Translations under genes and position numbers: made by a program
From: Anaerolineae bacterium
Lineage (GTDB): Bacteria; Chloroflexota; Anaerolineae; B4-G1; DUEL01
NCBI GenBank assembly: GCA_041082215.1
Contig: JBDOIF010000006.1
Location: 62,001 to 117,731 of the forward strand
Direction of reading: 5' to 3'
Length of the DNA: 55,731 nt
Notes under the pieces: model-generated
Seen by the model: only the letters and a program-made list of their open reading frames with translations
What the model was told of the DNA's origin: nothing
Database searches by the model: none
In this document: positions 1 to 8,657 of the stretch, piece by piece
Position numbering within the stretch: the first letter of the stretch is position 1
How the letters are laid out: the number at the start of each line of letters is the position of its first letter

Positions 1-666
1 GATGGAAGCGCAGTTGCCCAGGACCGGCTCGATGAGGATCGCCGCCACGTCGTGCCATGCGCGGCGCAGGGTGGCTTCCAGGACCTCGAAATCGTTGAAG
101 GGCAGCGTGATGACCAGGTCGTGGACACAGCGGGGGATGCCCGAGGTGGACGGCACCGGGATCGGGCTGCGACGGCTGCCGTAAGCCTGTATATCGGTGT
201 AGGTGGAGAAGAGCACGTAGTCGCTCATGCCGTGGTACTGGCCTTCGAACTTGATGATCTTCTCCCGACCGGTGTAGGCCCGCGCTACCCGCACAGCATG
301 GAGGACCGCTTCCGTGCCCGTGTTGGTCAGCCGCACCATCTCCACGCCGGGGCACATGGCGACGATCTTCTCGGCCACGGCGACCTCGAGCGGGCTGGTG
401 AGGGCGGAGACCACGCCGTTGCGGATCGCCTCGCTCACCCTCGTGTCCACCTCTTCGTAGGCGTGGCCCAGAATCACGGGGCCGAAGCCCAGACGGTAGT
501 CTATATACCGGTTGCCGTCCACATCCCACAGGTAGGCCCCTTTGGCCCGCTCCACGTAGAGCGTCTTATCCTCGCCCCAGTAACGGAAGTTGGAGTTGAC
601 GCCGAGCGGGATCACCCTGGCCGCTCGCTGCCACAGCGCCTGACTTTTCGCGATCTTAGCGGTCAT
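1..666 (-). CDS. Class-III PLP aminotransferase (glutamate-1-semialdehyde aminomutase-like), truncated by window edge; in frame with upstream ferredoxin ORF
   Basis: Manual translation from ATG 666: MTAKIAKSQALWQRAARVIPLGVNSNFRYWG...AKGAYLWDVDGNRYIDYRLGFGPVILGHA...VRLTNTGTEAV...KIIKFEGQYHG...AAILIEPVLGN. RBS GGAGGGGG upstream. Absent from the ORF track because no stop falls inside the window. Confidence 0.9.
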   Translation of the reverse strand, partial: MTAKIAKSQALWQRAARVIPLGVNSNFRYWGEDKTLYVERAKGAYLWDVDGNRYIDYRLGFGPVILGHAYEEVDTRVSEAIRNGVVSALTSPLEVAVAEKIVAMCPGVEMVRLTNTGTEAVLHAVRVARAYTGREKIIKFEGQYHGMSDYVLFSTYTDIQAYGSRRSPIPVPSTSGIPRCVHDLVITLPFNDFEVLEATLRRAWHDVAAILIEPVLGNCASI

Positions 667-1140
667 CGTTTTTTCCCCCTCCACAGGTGAATGGACGTTT
701 GATTGAGCAGCTCCGGCGGCGGGTGCTTTGCCATTGCTGAAACTCACCGCGCCAGGATAGCAGTACTTGACGCACTGGGGATCGCCGCCGCACAGGTCAC
801 AGGCCAGCGCGTACTGGGTGACGGTGTCGAAGTACATCGCACCGTAGGGGCAGGCCGGCACGCAGGCCGGGTCGCCGCCACAGCCGTCGCACTTCTTGGG
901 GTCAACAAACAGCGGCTGGCGCGGTCCGGGACGGGAGATAGCGTTCTGGGGGCAGGCAACGATGCAGGGGGCGTCGGGGCAGGAAAAGCAGGCCATGACC
1001 TCGCTTTGACCCTCCAGGGGGCGATTCCTGACCCGGATACGCGCCCGGGTGGGAGCAAACTCGCCGAAGTGGTAGGCGGAGCAGACCAATTCGCAGAGGT
1101 GGCAGCCGGTGCACAATTTGTTCCTGAACTTCAGTGGCAT
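667..1140 (-). CDS. 4Fe-4S multicluster ferredoxin-like protein (AOR electron-transfer subunit type); no stop codon, reads through into aminotransferase
   Basis: Manual translation from ATG 1140: MPLKFRNKLCTGCHLCELVC...CFSCPDAPCIVACP...CDGCGGDPACVPACPYG...CDLCGGDPQCVKYC (four Cys clusters). RBS GGAGG lies just after the AOR stop. Confidence 0.88.
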
Positions 1141-1151
1141 CGTCTTCCTCC

Positions 1152-2939
1152 CTATTTCATCAGATCGGCCAGCCCCAGAGCCGCCAGCTTCTCTTTTGTC
1201 GGAACGCCGTCCTCGGTCCAGCCGCGCAGCCGGTAGTACTCACTCAGCGCAGCGTCGTACTCCTCCCGCGTGAAGTTCTTTCCGGCCGCCGGCCCTTCCG
1301 GGAGCGGACGATCGAAGAGGGCTGGGGGCGGGTAGTCGTCCTTGCGGCGGAAGCCTTCGCGCACGTTGAAAATGCGGCTCAGGTTCCAGATACGCTCGCC
1401 AATGGTGCTCAGCTCCTCCTCCGTATAGGGATAGCCGGTGCCGCCAGCGATCAGCCTGGTGAGGTCCTCCATTCCGATAGCCCAGAAATCGCAGAAAATG
1501 CCGGTCCATTTGACGGCGTTGAAGTTCTGCTGGCGGACGACCAGCTCGGCCTTGCCTTCCAGCGTGAAGGGGTCCATCTTGCCGAAAGCCTCCTCGGCAA
1601 TGGGCCAGGCCCGCATATGGCATCCTCCTCGATCCGAAGTGCAGTAGGCCAGGGCCATGCCGTAGGAGCCGCGCGGGTCGTAGGCCGGGAACTCCAGCCC
1701 TTTGCTCTCCATCACCAGGTGCTCAGCGCCATACTTGCGGGCGATGGCGCGGGCTCCCTGGGCCAGCTCGGCCCCTGCGCCGCGCAGGTAGGCGATGTCC
1801 TCGACTGCTGCCAGATACTCCTCCACGTTGCCAAAGTGGACGCCGAAGTCGTGGATGGACTCCTGGGCCATCAGCATAGCCAGTCCGAGCACGTTGCCCG
1901 TGGAGATGGTATCCAGCCCCAGGTTGTCGCACCGCCGGTTGAAGGCAGCCACCCCGTCCAGGCTCCCCACAGCGCAGTTGGCGCCTCCCAACCCCAGCGT
2001 CTCGTACTCCGGCCCCTCCATCAGGCCATCGGCGGTGTGCGTGAGCTGACCGCAGGCCAGGGGGCAGGTGGCGCAGGCCCGGTTGCGGCGCTTGTGCGCC
2101 TGGATGGCCGCCGAGTTGATCCCCTCCGCCCCCTCGAACACGCCCTGGCTGAAGCCACGGGTGGGCAGCAGGCCGGTGCTCTGCGAAAGGTCCACGATCA
2201 TCGGTGTCCCATCCGTGTTGGCCCACAGATTGTCGTCGGTCAGCAGATGCTCCCTGAAGATTTCGTAGTACATCTCCATAAAGGACCGCATATCGGGCAC
2301 GTGGACGGAGCCGGTACCGCGAGCCGCCACCGCCTTGAGGTTCTTGCTGCCGAAGACCGCCCCTGCCCCGCCGCGTCCCGCCTGGCGATACGCCTCGGAG
2401 GTCAGGCAGGCGAAAGGGACCAGGTTCTCGCCCGCCGGGCCGGCGCAGAGCGAGACCAGGTGTTCGTCTCCGGCCTGCTCCTTGAGCCAGGCGTCCGTCT
2501 CCCAGATGCCCCTGCCCCAGGCGGGGGTGGCGTCCAGAATCTGGACCCGGTCGTCCTGGATGAGCAGGGCACTGGGGCGTGGGGCGCGGCCGGTGATGAT
2601 AACGCCGTCGTATCCGGCCAGTTTGAGCTGCAGCCCGAAGGCCCCGCCCACGTAGGAGTCGAGGATGGTGCCGGTGGCGGGTGAACGGCAGAAGACGGCA
2701 GTGCGGGCGGTGGTGGCGACGCATGTCCCGGCCAGAGCGCCGGGGAAAAGGCCGATCACGTTAGCCGGGGAGAGGGGATTGACGTGGGCCGGCAGCGCGT
2801 CAAAAAGGTAACGGAGCCCCAACCCCTTGCCGCCGACGAAGTCCCGCGCCCAGTCCATATTGAGCGGTTCAGACGAAATCTTGCCGGTGCTCAGGTCCAC
2901 CCGCAAGACCCTGCCAGCGTAGCAATTCCTTTCGCCCAT
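1152..2939 (-). CDS. aor: Tungsten-dependent aldehyde:ferredoxin oxidoreductase (AOR family)
   Basis: RVLRVDLS N-terminus, GRGGAGAVFGSKNLKAV, CxxCxxxC, EGPEYET, DNLGLDTIS, YDPRG and EYYRLRGW motifs. Start placed at MGERN after RBS GGAGG. Confidence 0.93.
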   Translation of the reverse strand: MGERNCYAGRVLRVDLSTGKISSEPLNMDWARDFVGGKGLGLRYLFDALPAHVNPLSPANVIGLFPGALAGTCVATTARTAVFCRSPATGTILDSYVGGAFGLQLKLAGYDGVIITGRAPRPSALLIQDDRVQILDATPAWGRGIWETDAWLKEQAGDEHLVSLCAGPAGENLVPFACLTSEAYRQAGRGGAGAVFGSKNLKAVAARGTGSVHVPDMRSFMEMYYEIFREHLLTDDNLWANTDGTPMIVDLSQSTGLLPTRGFSQGVFEGAEGINSAAIQAHKRRNRACATCPLACGQLTHTADGLMEGPEYETLGLGGANCAVGSLDGVAAFNRRCDNLGLDTISTGNVLGLAMLMAQESIHDFGVHFGNVEEYLAAVEDIAYLRGAGAELAQGARAIARKYGAEHLVMESKGLEFPAYDPRGSYGMALAYCTSDRGGCHMRAWPIAEEAFGKMDPFTLEGKAELVVRQQNFNAVKWTGIFCDFWAIGMEDLTRLIAGGTGYPYTEEELSTIGERIWNLSRIFNVREGFRRKDDYPPPALFDRPLPEGPAAGKNFTREEYDAALSEYYRLRGWTEDGVPTKEKLAALGLADLMK

Positions 2940-2990
2940 TGGCCCCTCCAGTTCTTCCTCTTTCCGCCCGATCGCTTTCACCGTTGCGGG

Positions 2991-4403
2991 TCAGGCGAGC
3001 TGCCTGCTCTTTTCCCTTTCCGCTAATTTCAGCATGACCTCCCCGACGATGATCGTGACGATCACGCCGATGAGCACCGGCGCGGCATACGACCAGTCTA
3101 TCGGCTCGCCGGGCACCCAGATGAAGAAGACATTGGCCTGCAGCATAAAGATTTCGCAGATCACGACCATGATCCAGGCCAGGACGTTGCCACCGGGCAC
3201 GCGGTATGGCCGCTCGATATCGGGGTCAATCTGGCGCAGCTTGATGAAGGCTGGAAACAGCGCCAGATAGGGGAGCAGGAAGACGATCGAACTGAAGGCA
3301 AAGACGGTCCAGAACAGGTCTTCGGCGCTGCTGGCCATGAGACCGTAGATGATGATGACGACGGTGGAGACGATGCCGGTAACAAGGAAAGCGTTGACCG
3401 GGGTCTTGTTGACGGGATGGAGCCTGCCCAGGGCTGATGGAAGCTCTTTCTCGCTGGCGGCCTCGGCCACCGAACGGTTGGCTCCCATCGTCCAGGTAAC
3501 CATATTGGTCAGCAGGGAGTAGAGTGCGCCAACGCCCAGAATGGTGACCATAGTCCCACCGAAGCCTGTATCTCCGAGCAGGACCCGCAGCGTATCTATG
3601 ATCCCCTCGACCAGCCCCAGCTCGTCCAGGGGGAGGGCCATCAGCATGCCGACGGTGCCGAGCAGGTAAAAGACCGCGATGAGGATGCCGGAGATGATGA
3701 TGGCCCGGGGGATATCCCTGGCCGGGTTCTTCATCTCCTCAGCCGCGCCCGACATCAGCTCAAAGCCCATGAAGTTATAGACGACAACAGGCAGGAAGTA
3801 CAGCCCTGCATCCCAGGCAGGAAGAATGTTCGCAAAGGACAGGTCGTTGGCCACGCCGTGCTTCCCGGCGTAGACGAAGGCCGCCGTGCCGATGACGACC
3901 ATAATCAGCGCCTTGAAAAAGGCGCCGATATTGGGGATCCACTTGGAAGTGGCCAGGTTGATGATCCCGATCCAGACAGTGATCCAGGTCATCGCGATAG
4001 CGATGAGGATCTTGGGCCACAGTCCCAGGTCGGGGGCGAAAAGCTGGCTGAAGATGCTGGCGAAGAGGATAAAGACAGCGGGTGGCCACAGGACCACGCT
4101 CATCCAGTAGAGCCAGATGGTACGGACAGCCCACTTCTCGCCAAAAGCACGCTTGACCCAGACGTAAAGGCCGCCCTGCTCCGGATAGGTGGTGCCCAGT
4201 TCGGCGGTCATCAGGCCGTAGGGGATGAAGAAGAGCACCAGGGTGATGACCCACCAGGAGATCGAAGCCGGCCCGATGGCGGCGGATGGAGCCAGAGTAT
4301 CTATAACCAGAATAGCACAGACCGTGAAAAGGGTCATGTCGAGACCCTTCAGGACTCTCTCGAACCGCTTACCCTTGACGGCAGTTTCAGCTATAGCAGG
4401 CAT
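2991..4403 (-). CDS. APC-family amino acid/polyamine permease
   Basis: About 12 hydrophobic segments; AELGTTYPEQGGLYVWVKRAFG, GFELMSGAAEEMKNPARDIP, RPYRVPG motifs. Start MPAIAE after AGGAGG. Confidence 0.9.
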   Translation of the reverse strand: MPAIAETAVKGKRFERVLKGLDMTLFTVCAILVIDTLAPSAAIGPASISWWVITLVLFFIPYGLMTAELGTTYPEQGGLYVWVKRAFGEKWAVRTIWLYWMSVVLWPPAVFILFASIFSQLFAPDLGLWPKILIAIAMTWITVWIGIINLATSKWIPNIGAFFKALIMVVIGTAAFVYAGKHGVANDLSFANILPAWDAGLYFLPVVVYNFMGFELMSGAAEEMKNPARDIPRAIIISGILIAVFYLLGTVGMLMALPLDELGLVEGIIDTLRVLLGDTGFGGTMVTILGVGALYSLLTNMVTWTMGANRSVAEAASEKELPSALGRLHPVNKTPVNAFLVTGIVSTVVIIIYGLMASSAEDLFWTVFAFSSIVFLLPYLALFPAFIKLRQIDPDIERPYRVPGGNVLAWIMVVICEIFMLQANVFFIWVPGEPIDWSYAAPVLIGVIVTIIVGEVMLKLAEREKSRQLA

Positions 4404-4419
4404 GGTATTTTCCTCCTTA

Positions 4420-5235
4420 TTAAGCCCAATCCGACACCTCGTTGTACCACAGCTTCTTGGTGCCGATCTGAGCCCGTTTATTCCACCTGCGCGATTTCGG
4501 TTCCGCGTTGATCCGCTGGAGAAGGCGGTCGGCCTTCTGGCAGACGGCCATTCGCTGGGCCTCATCCAGCGCCGCCACACCGGCCGTCGCCGCTTTGACC
4601 CGCTCCAGATTGGCCGTCGCCGTGTACCAGAAGCCCCAGTCGTCGGCCAGCACCTCTGCTATATGGCGGGCATTGATGGCGCCCTCTTCCGCCTCCCCCA
4701 CCGGCGCGGCCAGGAGCAAGAGCATGGCATCCTTGAGGTCCTTGTCGTTCATCTGCACAATCTGGAGTTTCTGCAGCAGCAGGTCGGCCAGAGAGACACA
4801 GTAGGGATGGATTTCGAGCCGCCCCCTGTAGTCCACGCAGTGGTTCATATCCAGCTTGTCGTAGAAAACGTCGATCATGGGGATAGGATCGCCGAAGTAG
4901 ATGTGGCGATTCTGGCCGAAGAGCATCATCGTTCGCCGGTCGTAGTCGTAGCCCTGCGCCTGGAAGAAAGAGACCATCCTGCTGCGGTGCTTGCCATAGG
5001 CGGCGTAGTCTATATCGGTAAAGACCCGCTCGCCCAGCCGCTCCATCCGCCGGTACAGATCAACGTAATCGGGGAAGTAATAATGGAGAGCGATGGGTCC
5101 CATCACACGGAGGATCAATCCCTGCTTCTGGGCCTCCTCGATCAGCCGTCGGGCCTCCGCGAGGAAGACCTCCGGCCGGGGATACTCCTCGAGGGGAATG
5201 TCTTTGGGCAGTCTGAATTTCCTTTCGGTCGTCAT
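4420..5235 (-). CDS. Uncharacterised nucleotidyltransferase-fold protein (Pol-beta superfamily-like)
   Basis: LRVMGPIAL (G-x-x-A turn), TDIDY (DxD), MIDVF (third Asp), LLLQKL...KDLKD helical motif. Strong RBS AGGAG. Confidence 0.65.
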   Translation of the reverse strand: MTTERKFRLPKDIPLEEYPRPEVFLAEARRLIEEAQKQGLILRVMGPIALHYYFPDYVDLYRRMERLGERVFTDIDYAAYGKHRSRMVSFFQAQGYDYDRRTMMLFGQNRHIYFGDPIPMIDVFYDKLDMNHCVDYRGRLEIHPYCVSLADLLLQKLQIVQMNDKDLKDAMLLLLAAPVGEAEEGAINARHIAEVLADDWGFWYTATANLERVKAATAGVAALDEAQRMAVCQKADRLLQRINAEPKSRRWNKRAQIGTKKLWYNEVSDWA

Positions 5236-5256
5236 ATGATCTCCTGTGCATGTGCA

Positions 5257-6186
5257 TTAACCCGATGTAAAGACGTAGTCCTTGAGCTTCCCTTTTTCCA
5301 GAATGAGCACCACCCCCTTCAAAATGCCTTCGGAGTACTCGCTGCCGGGGTTGATGATGGTGGTGCGCCCGATCCTCTGAGCGCCGCGCGACTCGTGGAT
5401 GTGGCCGTGCAACCCCAGCAGCGGCTGGTACTTCTCGATCATTCGCGCCACAGCCCGGCTGCCCACGTGGACTTTGCGGTCGGCGGCCTGCACCAGATCC
5501 GCCGTCAGTTCGGGTGCCAGGTCGAGGGCGGAACCGTAGGGGGGGGCATGGAAGTTGAAGATCGCCTTCGGCATATCCTGAATCTGGGCGACAAGGGCCT
5601 CCAGCATCGGTTCCAGCTCCTCGTCCGGCTTCTCCCGCGGCGTGTCCCAGGGCGACGGGTTGGCCCAGGCGAAGGTAGCCATCTCGTGTTCGCCCAGCTT
5701 CACCACGCGGTCGTTGCAATTGACAATAGCCACCGAGTCGGCGATGATCTGATCCACTTCAAAATGGTCATCGTTACCTGGGGCCATGTAGACCTTGAGG
5801 CCCGTGCCAGCCAGTCGCTCATCCGCCAGGGCCAGCCATTCTTTTAGACGCTTGACCATCAGTTGCCTGAACAGAGTGTCCAGCGCCTGCGAGTCGGCCT
5901 TATAGGCCTGGAACTCATCGGGGGTCAGATGGACCCAGTAGTAACCGACCATCTCGATGGTCTTCTTAAGTTTTTCCAGCTCATCCTGGGTTTGCACCTC
6001 GACGGGATGGCCCAGGAAGGAAGTCTCCCATCCTCCACCGGCTTTCTCTACAAGGGGGATCAGCATCTTCCCGGTCAGGTCGCCCAGCAGGATACCGACG
6101 TCCACGTTGTAGATACGCAGTGCGTTGAGAAACTTGCGGTAGCAGACGTTGGAGCCATGAATATCGGTCACAAAGAATATCTTCAT
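5257..6186 (-). CDS. Calcineurin-like metallophosphoesterase (Icc-related)
   Basis: TDIHG, LGDLTG, PGNDD, FHAPP and LHGHIHE metal-binding motifs, INPGS. Confidence 0.9.
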   Translation of the reverse strand: MKIFFVTDIHGSNVCYRKFLNALRIYNVDVGILLGDLTGKMLIPLVEKAGGGWETSFLGHPVEVQTQDELEKLKKTIEMVGYYWVHLTPDEFQAYKADSQALDTLFRQLMVKRLKEWLALADERLAGTGLKVYMAPGNDDHFEVDQIIADSVAIVNCNDRVVKLGEHEMATFAWANPSPWDTPREKPDEELEPMLEALVAQIQDMPKAIFNFHAPPYGSALDLAPELTADLVQAADRKVHVGSRAVARMIEKYQPLLGLHGHIHESRGAQRIGRTTIINPGSEYSEGILKGVVLILEKGKLKDYVFTSG

Positions 6187-6197
6187 TGCATCCTCCA

Positions 6198-6256
6198 TCT
6201 CCCTTCCCCTCCCCCTCCGTTGCGGAGAGGGAGGGGAAGGGTCGGGGTAGGGGTGG
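6198..6256. repeat. REP-like palindrome of the CCCTxxCCC...CCCTCTCC...GGAGGGGGAGGG type
   Basis: ctcccttcccctccccctccg-ttg-cggagagggaggggaaggg hairpin in an intergenic gap; related partial copy near 43320-43347. Confidence 0.55.
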
Positions 6257-6262
6257 GTGAGG

Positions 6263-7873
6263 TTACTCCGGTGGCAGCTCGCCGTAGGCCATGCTGACGT
6301 CAATGCCGATCTTCCTGTTGCGCCACTTCCAGTAGTAGTACCAGACGATGCCCAGGCCCCAGACGACACAGTAGAGAATGACCGAGTGGAAGGTGAACTC
6401 CTCCAGGCCCGGCATGAGGACGAAGAAGACGAAGAGGATCGCCAGGTAGATCAGATTGACGACCGCACCGATGGTGACCACGGGGATGCCCAGGATGCGC
6501 CATCTGTTGTAGGGCGAGGCCTCCCAGATATGGCGCACCTTCTTGACGAAGGGGAAGATAGCGGCAGCGATGGCCGTCACGCCGAAGACAGAGACGATCT
6601 CCATCCCGGTCACCGTCAGGCCGGTCATGGGGTTCTGGTAGAAGGCGTAGATGGCGATGCCGATCTCCCCCAGAATGAAGCACAGGATGTGGTTCTTGAC
6701 CGGCGTGGCCCAGCGGGGGTCAACATCGGTGAACCAGCGGGGCCCCATGCGGTCCATCCCCCAGGCGAAGAGGATGCGCGGGAAGGCCAGGTAGGATAGG
6801 GCCACCCACCACAGGCTGAACAGGACGAAGGAGAGGCCCATCAGCACCAGCACAATCGGGCTCTGGGTGACGACCGCGGCCAGGCCGATGAAGTGGGGCG
6901 ACCAGGGCAGAGTGTAGCCCTCCAGCCCGCCCGCGCTGTCCACCCAGGCAGCAGCACTGAGAAATTCAAAGCCGACGGTGCGGTAGAGGACAATGCCCAA
7001 CCAGAGCATAAAGAAGGCCGGGGTCAGGATGGCAAACAGGTTGCCCAGGATGATGCTCTTGTCGGGGCGCTTGACTTCGCCGGCAATGAAGGTGATGGCG
7101 TAACTGTAGGCGAACAGCCATGAACCGGCGACCATAACCCCCAGTGTGTCAATCCAGTTCCAGGTGCTCTTCAGAGGAGTGCCGGCCTCCTCCATAGCCG
7201 TGCGTGCGGCCTCAAGGAAGGCGTTGAAGTCCAGCGAGCCATACCGCGCCGCCAGCTCATTCCAGGCCTGAACGAACGCCTGATGGGAGGTAAAGGTGAA
7301 CACCAGCAGGATGACCACCGTCCCCAGGATGCCCAGGGCCATAACGACCTTCTGGGATGTGGCGAAGACCTTGACTCCAAAGACAACAAAGGCCAGGCCG
7401 ATGAGGTTGATGACCGTGGCAGCGGCAAACATCCCCCAGGGAGTGCGCAGCGCCTCGGCCATCCCGGGATTGCCAAGGAATTCCAACACCATGGTCAGGC
7501 CTGGGTCCACGGTGTAGGGGGCCAGCACATAGATCCACATCACCCACACAAAGGCGTTGCCGAAACTCTCAGCGATGCCGATAAGGGGGCTGATAATACG
7601 GGAGTTGTAGATGTACTCCCCGCCGCTGCGGGGCATGCTCCCGCCCAGGATACCCCATACCAGCGAGAAGCCAATGCCGCAGAGGATAGCGGAGAGAATG
7701 GTGGCGATGATCAGATTGCCCCCCGTGTACACCGAGAGGCCCAGGCTGATCATCACCCACATGCTGGGGGTCAGGCCCTGATTCATAAAGCCGACGCCAA
7801 AGGCATCTATCAGCGAAAGCCCGCGCACCAGGCCGCTGGCCCTCCGGGCAAAGACCTTTTCTTCAGCAGCCAT
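6263..7873 (-). CDS. APC-family permease
   Basis: N-terminal FARRASGLVR, MPRSGGEYIYNSR, FIAGEVK, PRILFAWGMDR and C-terminal GELPPE; about 12-14 TM segments. Confidence 0.9.
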   Translation of the reverse strand: MAAEEKVFARRASGLVRGLSLIDAFGVGFMNQGLTPSMWVMISLGLSVYTGGNLIIATILSAILCGIGFSLVWGILGGSMPRSGGEYIYNSRIISPLIGIAESFGNAFVWVMWIYVLAPYTVDPGLTMVLEFLGNPGMAEALRTPWGMFAAATVINLIGLAFVVFGVKVFATSQKVVMALGILGTVVILLVFTFTSHQAFVQAWNELAARYGSLDFNAFLEAARTAMEEAGTPLKSTWNWIDTLGVMVAGSWLFAYSYAITFIAGEVKRPDKSIILGNLFAILTPAFFMLWLGIVLYRTVGFEFLSAAAWVDSAGGLEGYTLPWSPHFIGLAAVVTQSPIVLVLMGLSFVLFSLWWVALSYLAFPRILFAWGMDRMGPRWFTDVDPRWATPVKNHILCFILGEIGIAIYAFYQNPMTGLTVTGMEIVSVFGVTAIAAAIFPFVKKVRHIWEASPYNRWRILGIPVVTIGAVVNLIYLAILFVFFVLMPGLEEFTFHSVILYCVVWGLGIVWYYYWKWRNRKIGIDVSMAYGELPPE

Positions 7874-7956
7874 TTGTCTCCTCCTCGTCGGAAATGAATC
7901 TGAACCCGATGCTAGCGTTACGGAAACAACTGTCGAGATCGCCTGTGTGGCTTAGC

Positions 7957-8448
7957 TCATTCCCTGCCCTCCTTTCCGACTGCGCAGACCTCCTCGGGGA
8001 TCTGCCAATCATAGACATCCTTCAGGATCACCGGCAACAATACGGTGTGGGTTTTCCTGACCCCGGGCACCTTGCCGATGACCTCGGTGACAAAACGGTA
8101 TAGCTCCTCGTTGTCGCGGGCATAGACCTGAATGCTGATATCGCGCTCACCGGTCGAGCAGGCAACATAACTGACACACTCGAACCCCGTCATCTTCCGG
8201 GCGATTTCCAGTATGCGCCCGGGCTCGACCTCGATGAACACGTCTGCCACCACCGGGAACCCCACCATCTTGGGGTTGACGATGGCGCTTACCCGGATCA
8301 CACCCTTCTCAACCAGGCGGTTGATCCGGTAACGGACAGCCCGCTCAGAAATGCCTGTGCGGCGCGCGATCTCCGCGCTGGACATCCGCCCGTCCTCTAT
8401 CAGCAGGCTGACGATCGCCCGATCCGTTCGATCGATCTGACAGGCCAT
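7957..8448 (-). CDS. Lrp/AsnC family transcriptional regulator
   Basis: IDRTDRAIVSLLIEDGRMSSAEIARRTGISERAVRYRINRL HTH plus C-terminal RAM domain. Confidence 0.92.
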   Translation of the reverse strand: MACQIDRTDRAIVSLLIEDGRMSSAEIARRTGISERAVRYRINRLVEKGVIRVSAIVNPKMVGFPVVADVFIEVEPGRILEIARKMTGFECVSYVACSTGERDISIQVYARDNEELYRFVTEVIGKVPGVRKTHTVLLPVILKDVYDWQIPEEVCAVGKEGRE

Positions 8449-8497
8449 ACGCTTTATCCTACAATAATATGAATTATTTGCGCCGTTTACGACATCT

Positions 8498-8535
8498 ATT
8501 ATACCATAATTGTCGCAAAATGTCAATATTTTGCG
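8498..8535 (-). promoter_or_regulatory. sigma70-type promoter with overlapping inverted repeat
   Basis: TTGACA (8526-8521), 17 nt, extended TGn-TATAAT (8503-8498); palindrome CGCAAAAT-N6-ATTTTGCG at 8514-8535. Confidence 0.75.
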
Positions 8536-8657
8536 TCTAGCATCCGGGAGTAATTGGCATTTGGAGTTTACCCGAAAAGTCGCAGGGCAGGCTTTCCAGC
8601 CTGCCCAGATAGCCTGGAAAAGGATACCCAGGTTCGCAACACTTCCCTTACAGCAGG

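Noticed and set aside
1..666. Calling the aminotransferase hemL (tetrapyrrole synthesis)
   Set aside because: GSA-like family, but it diverges from HemL signatures (GVNSNFRYW rather than GVNSPVRAF) and sits in an amine catabolic context.
667..750. Selenocysteine/pyrrolysine read-through explaining the ferredoxin-aminotransferase junction
   Set aside because: There is no in-frame TGA or TAG to recode; the frame is simply open.
4420..6186. NTase + phosphoesterase as an anti-phage (CBASS/AbiE-like) system
   Set aside because: No effector, antitoxin or mobile context, and it is embedded in an Lrp-controlled metabolic operon; cannot be fully excluded without a profile search.
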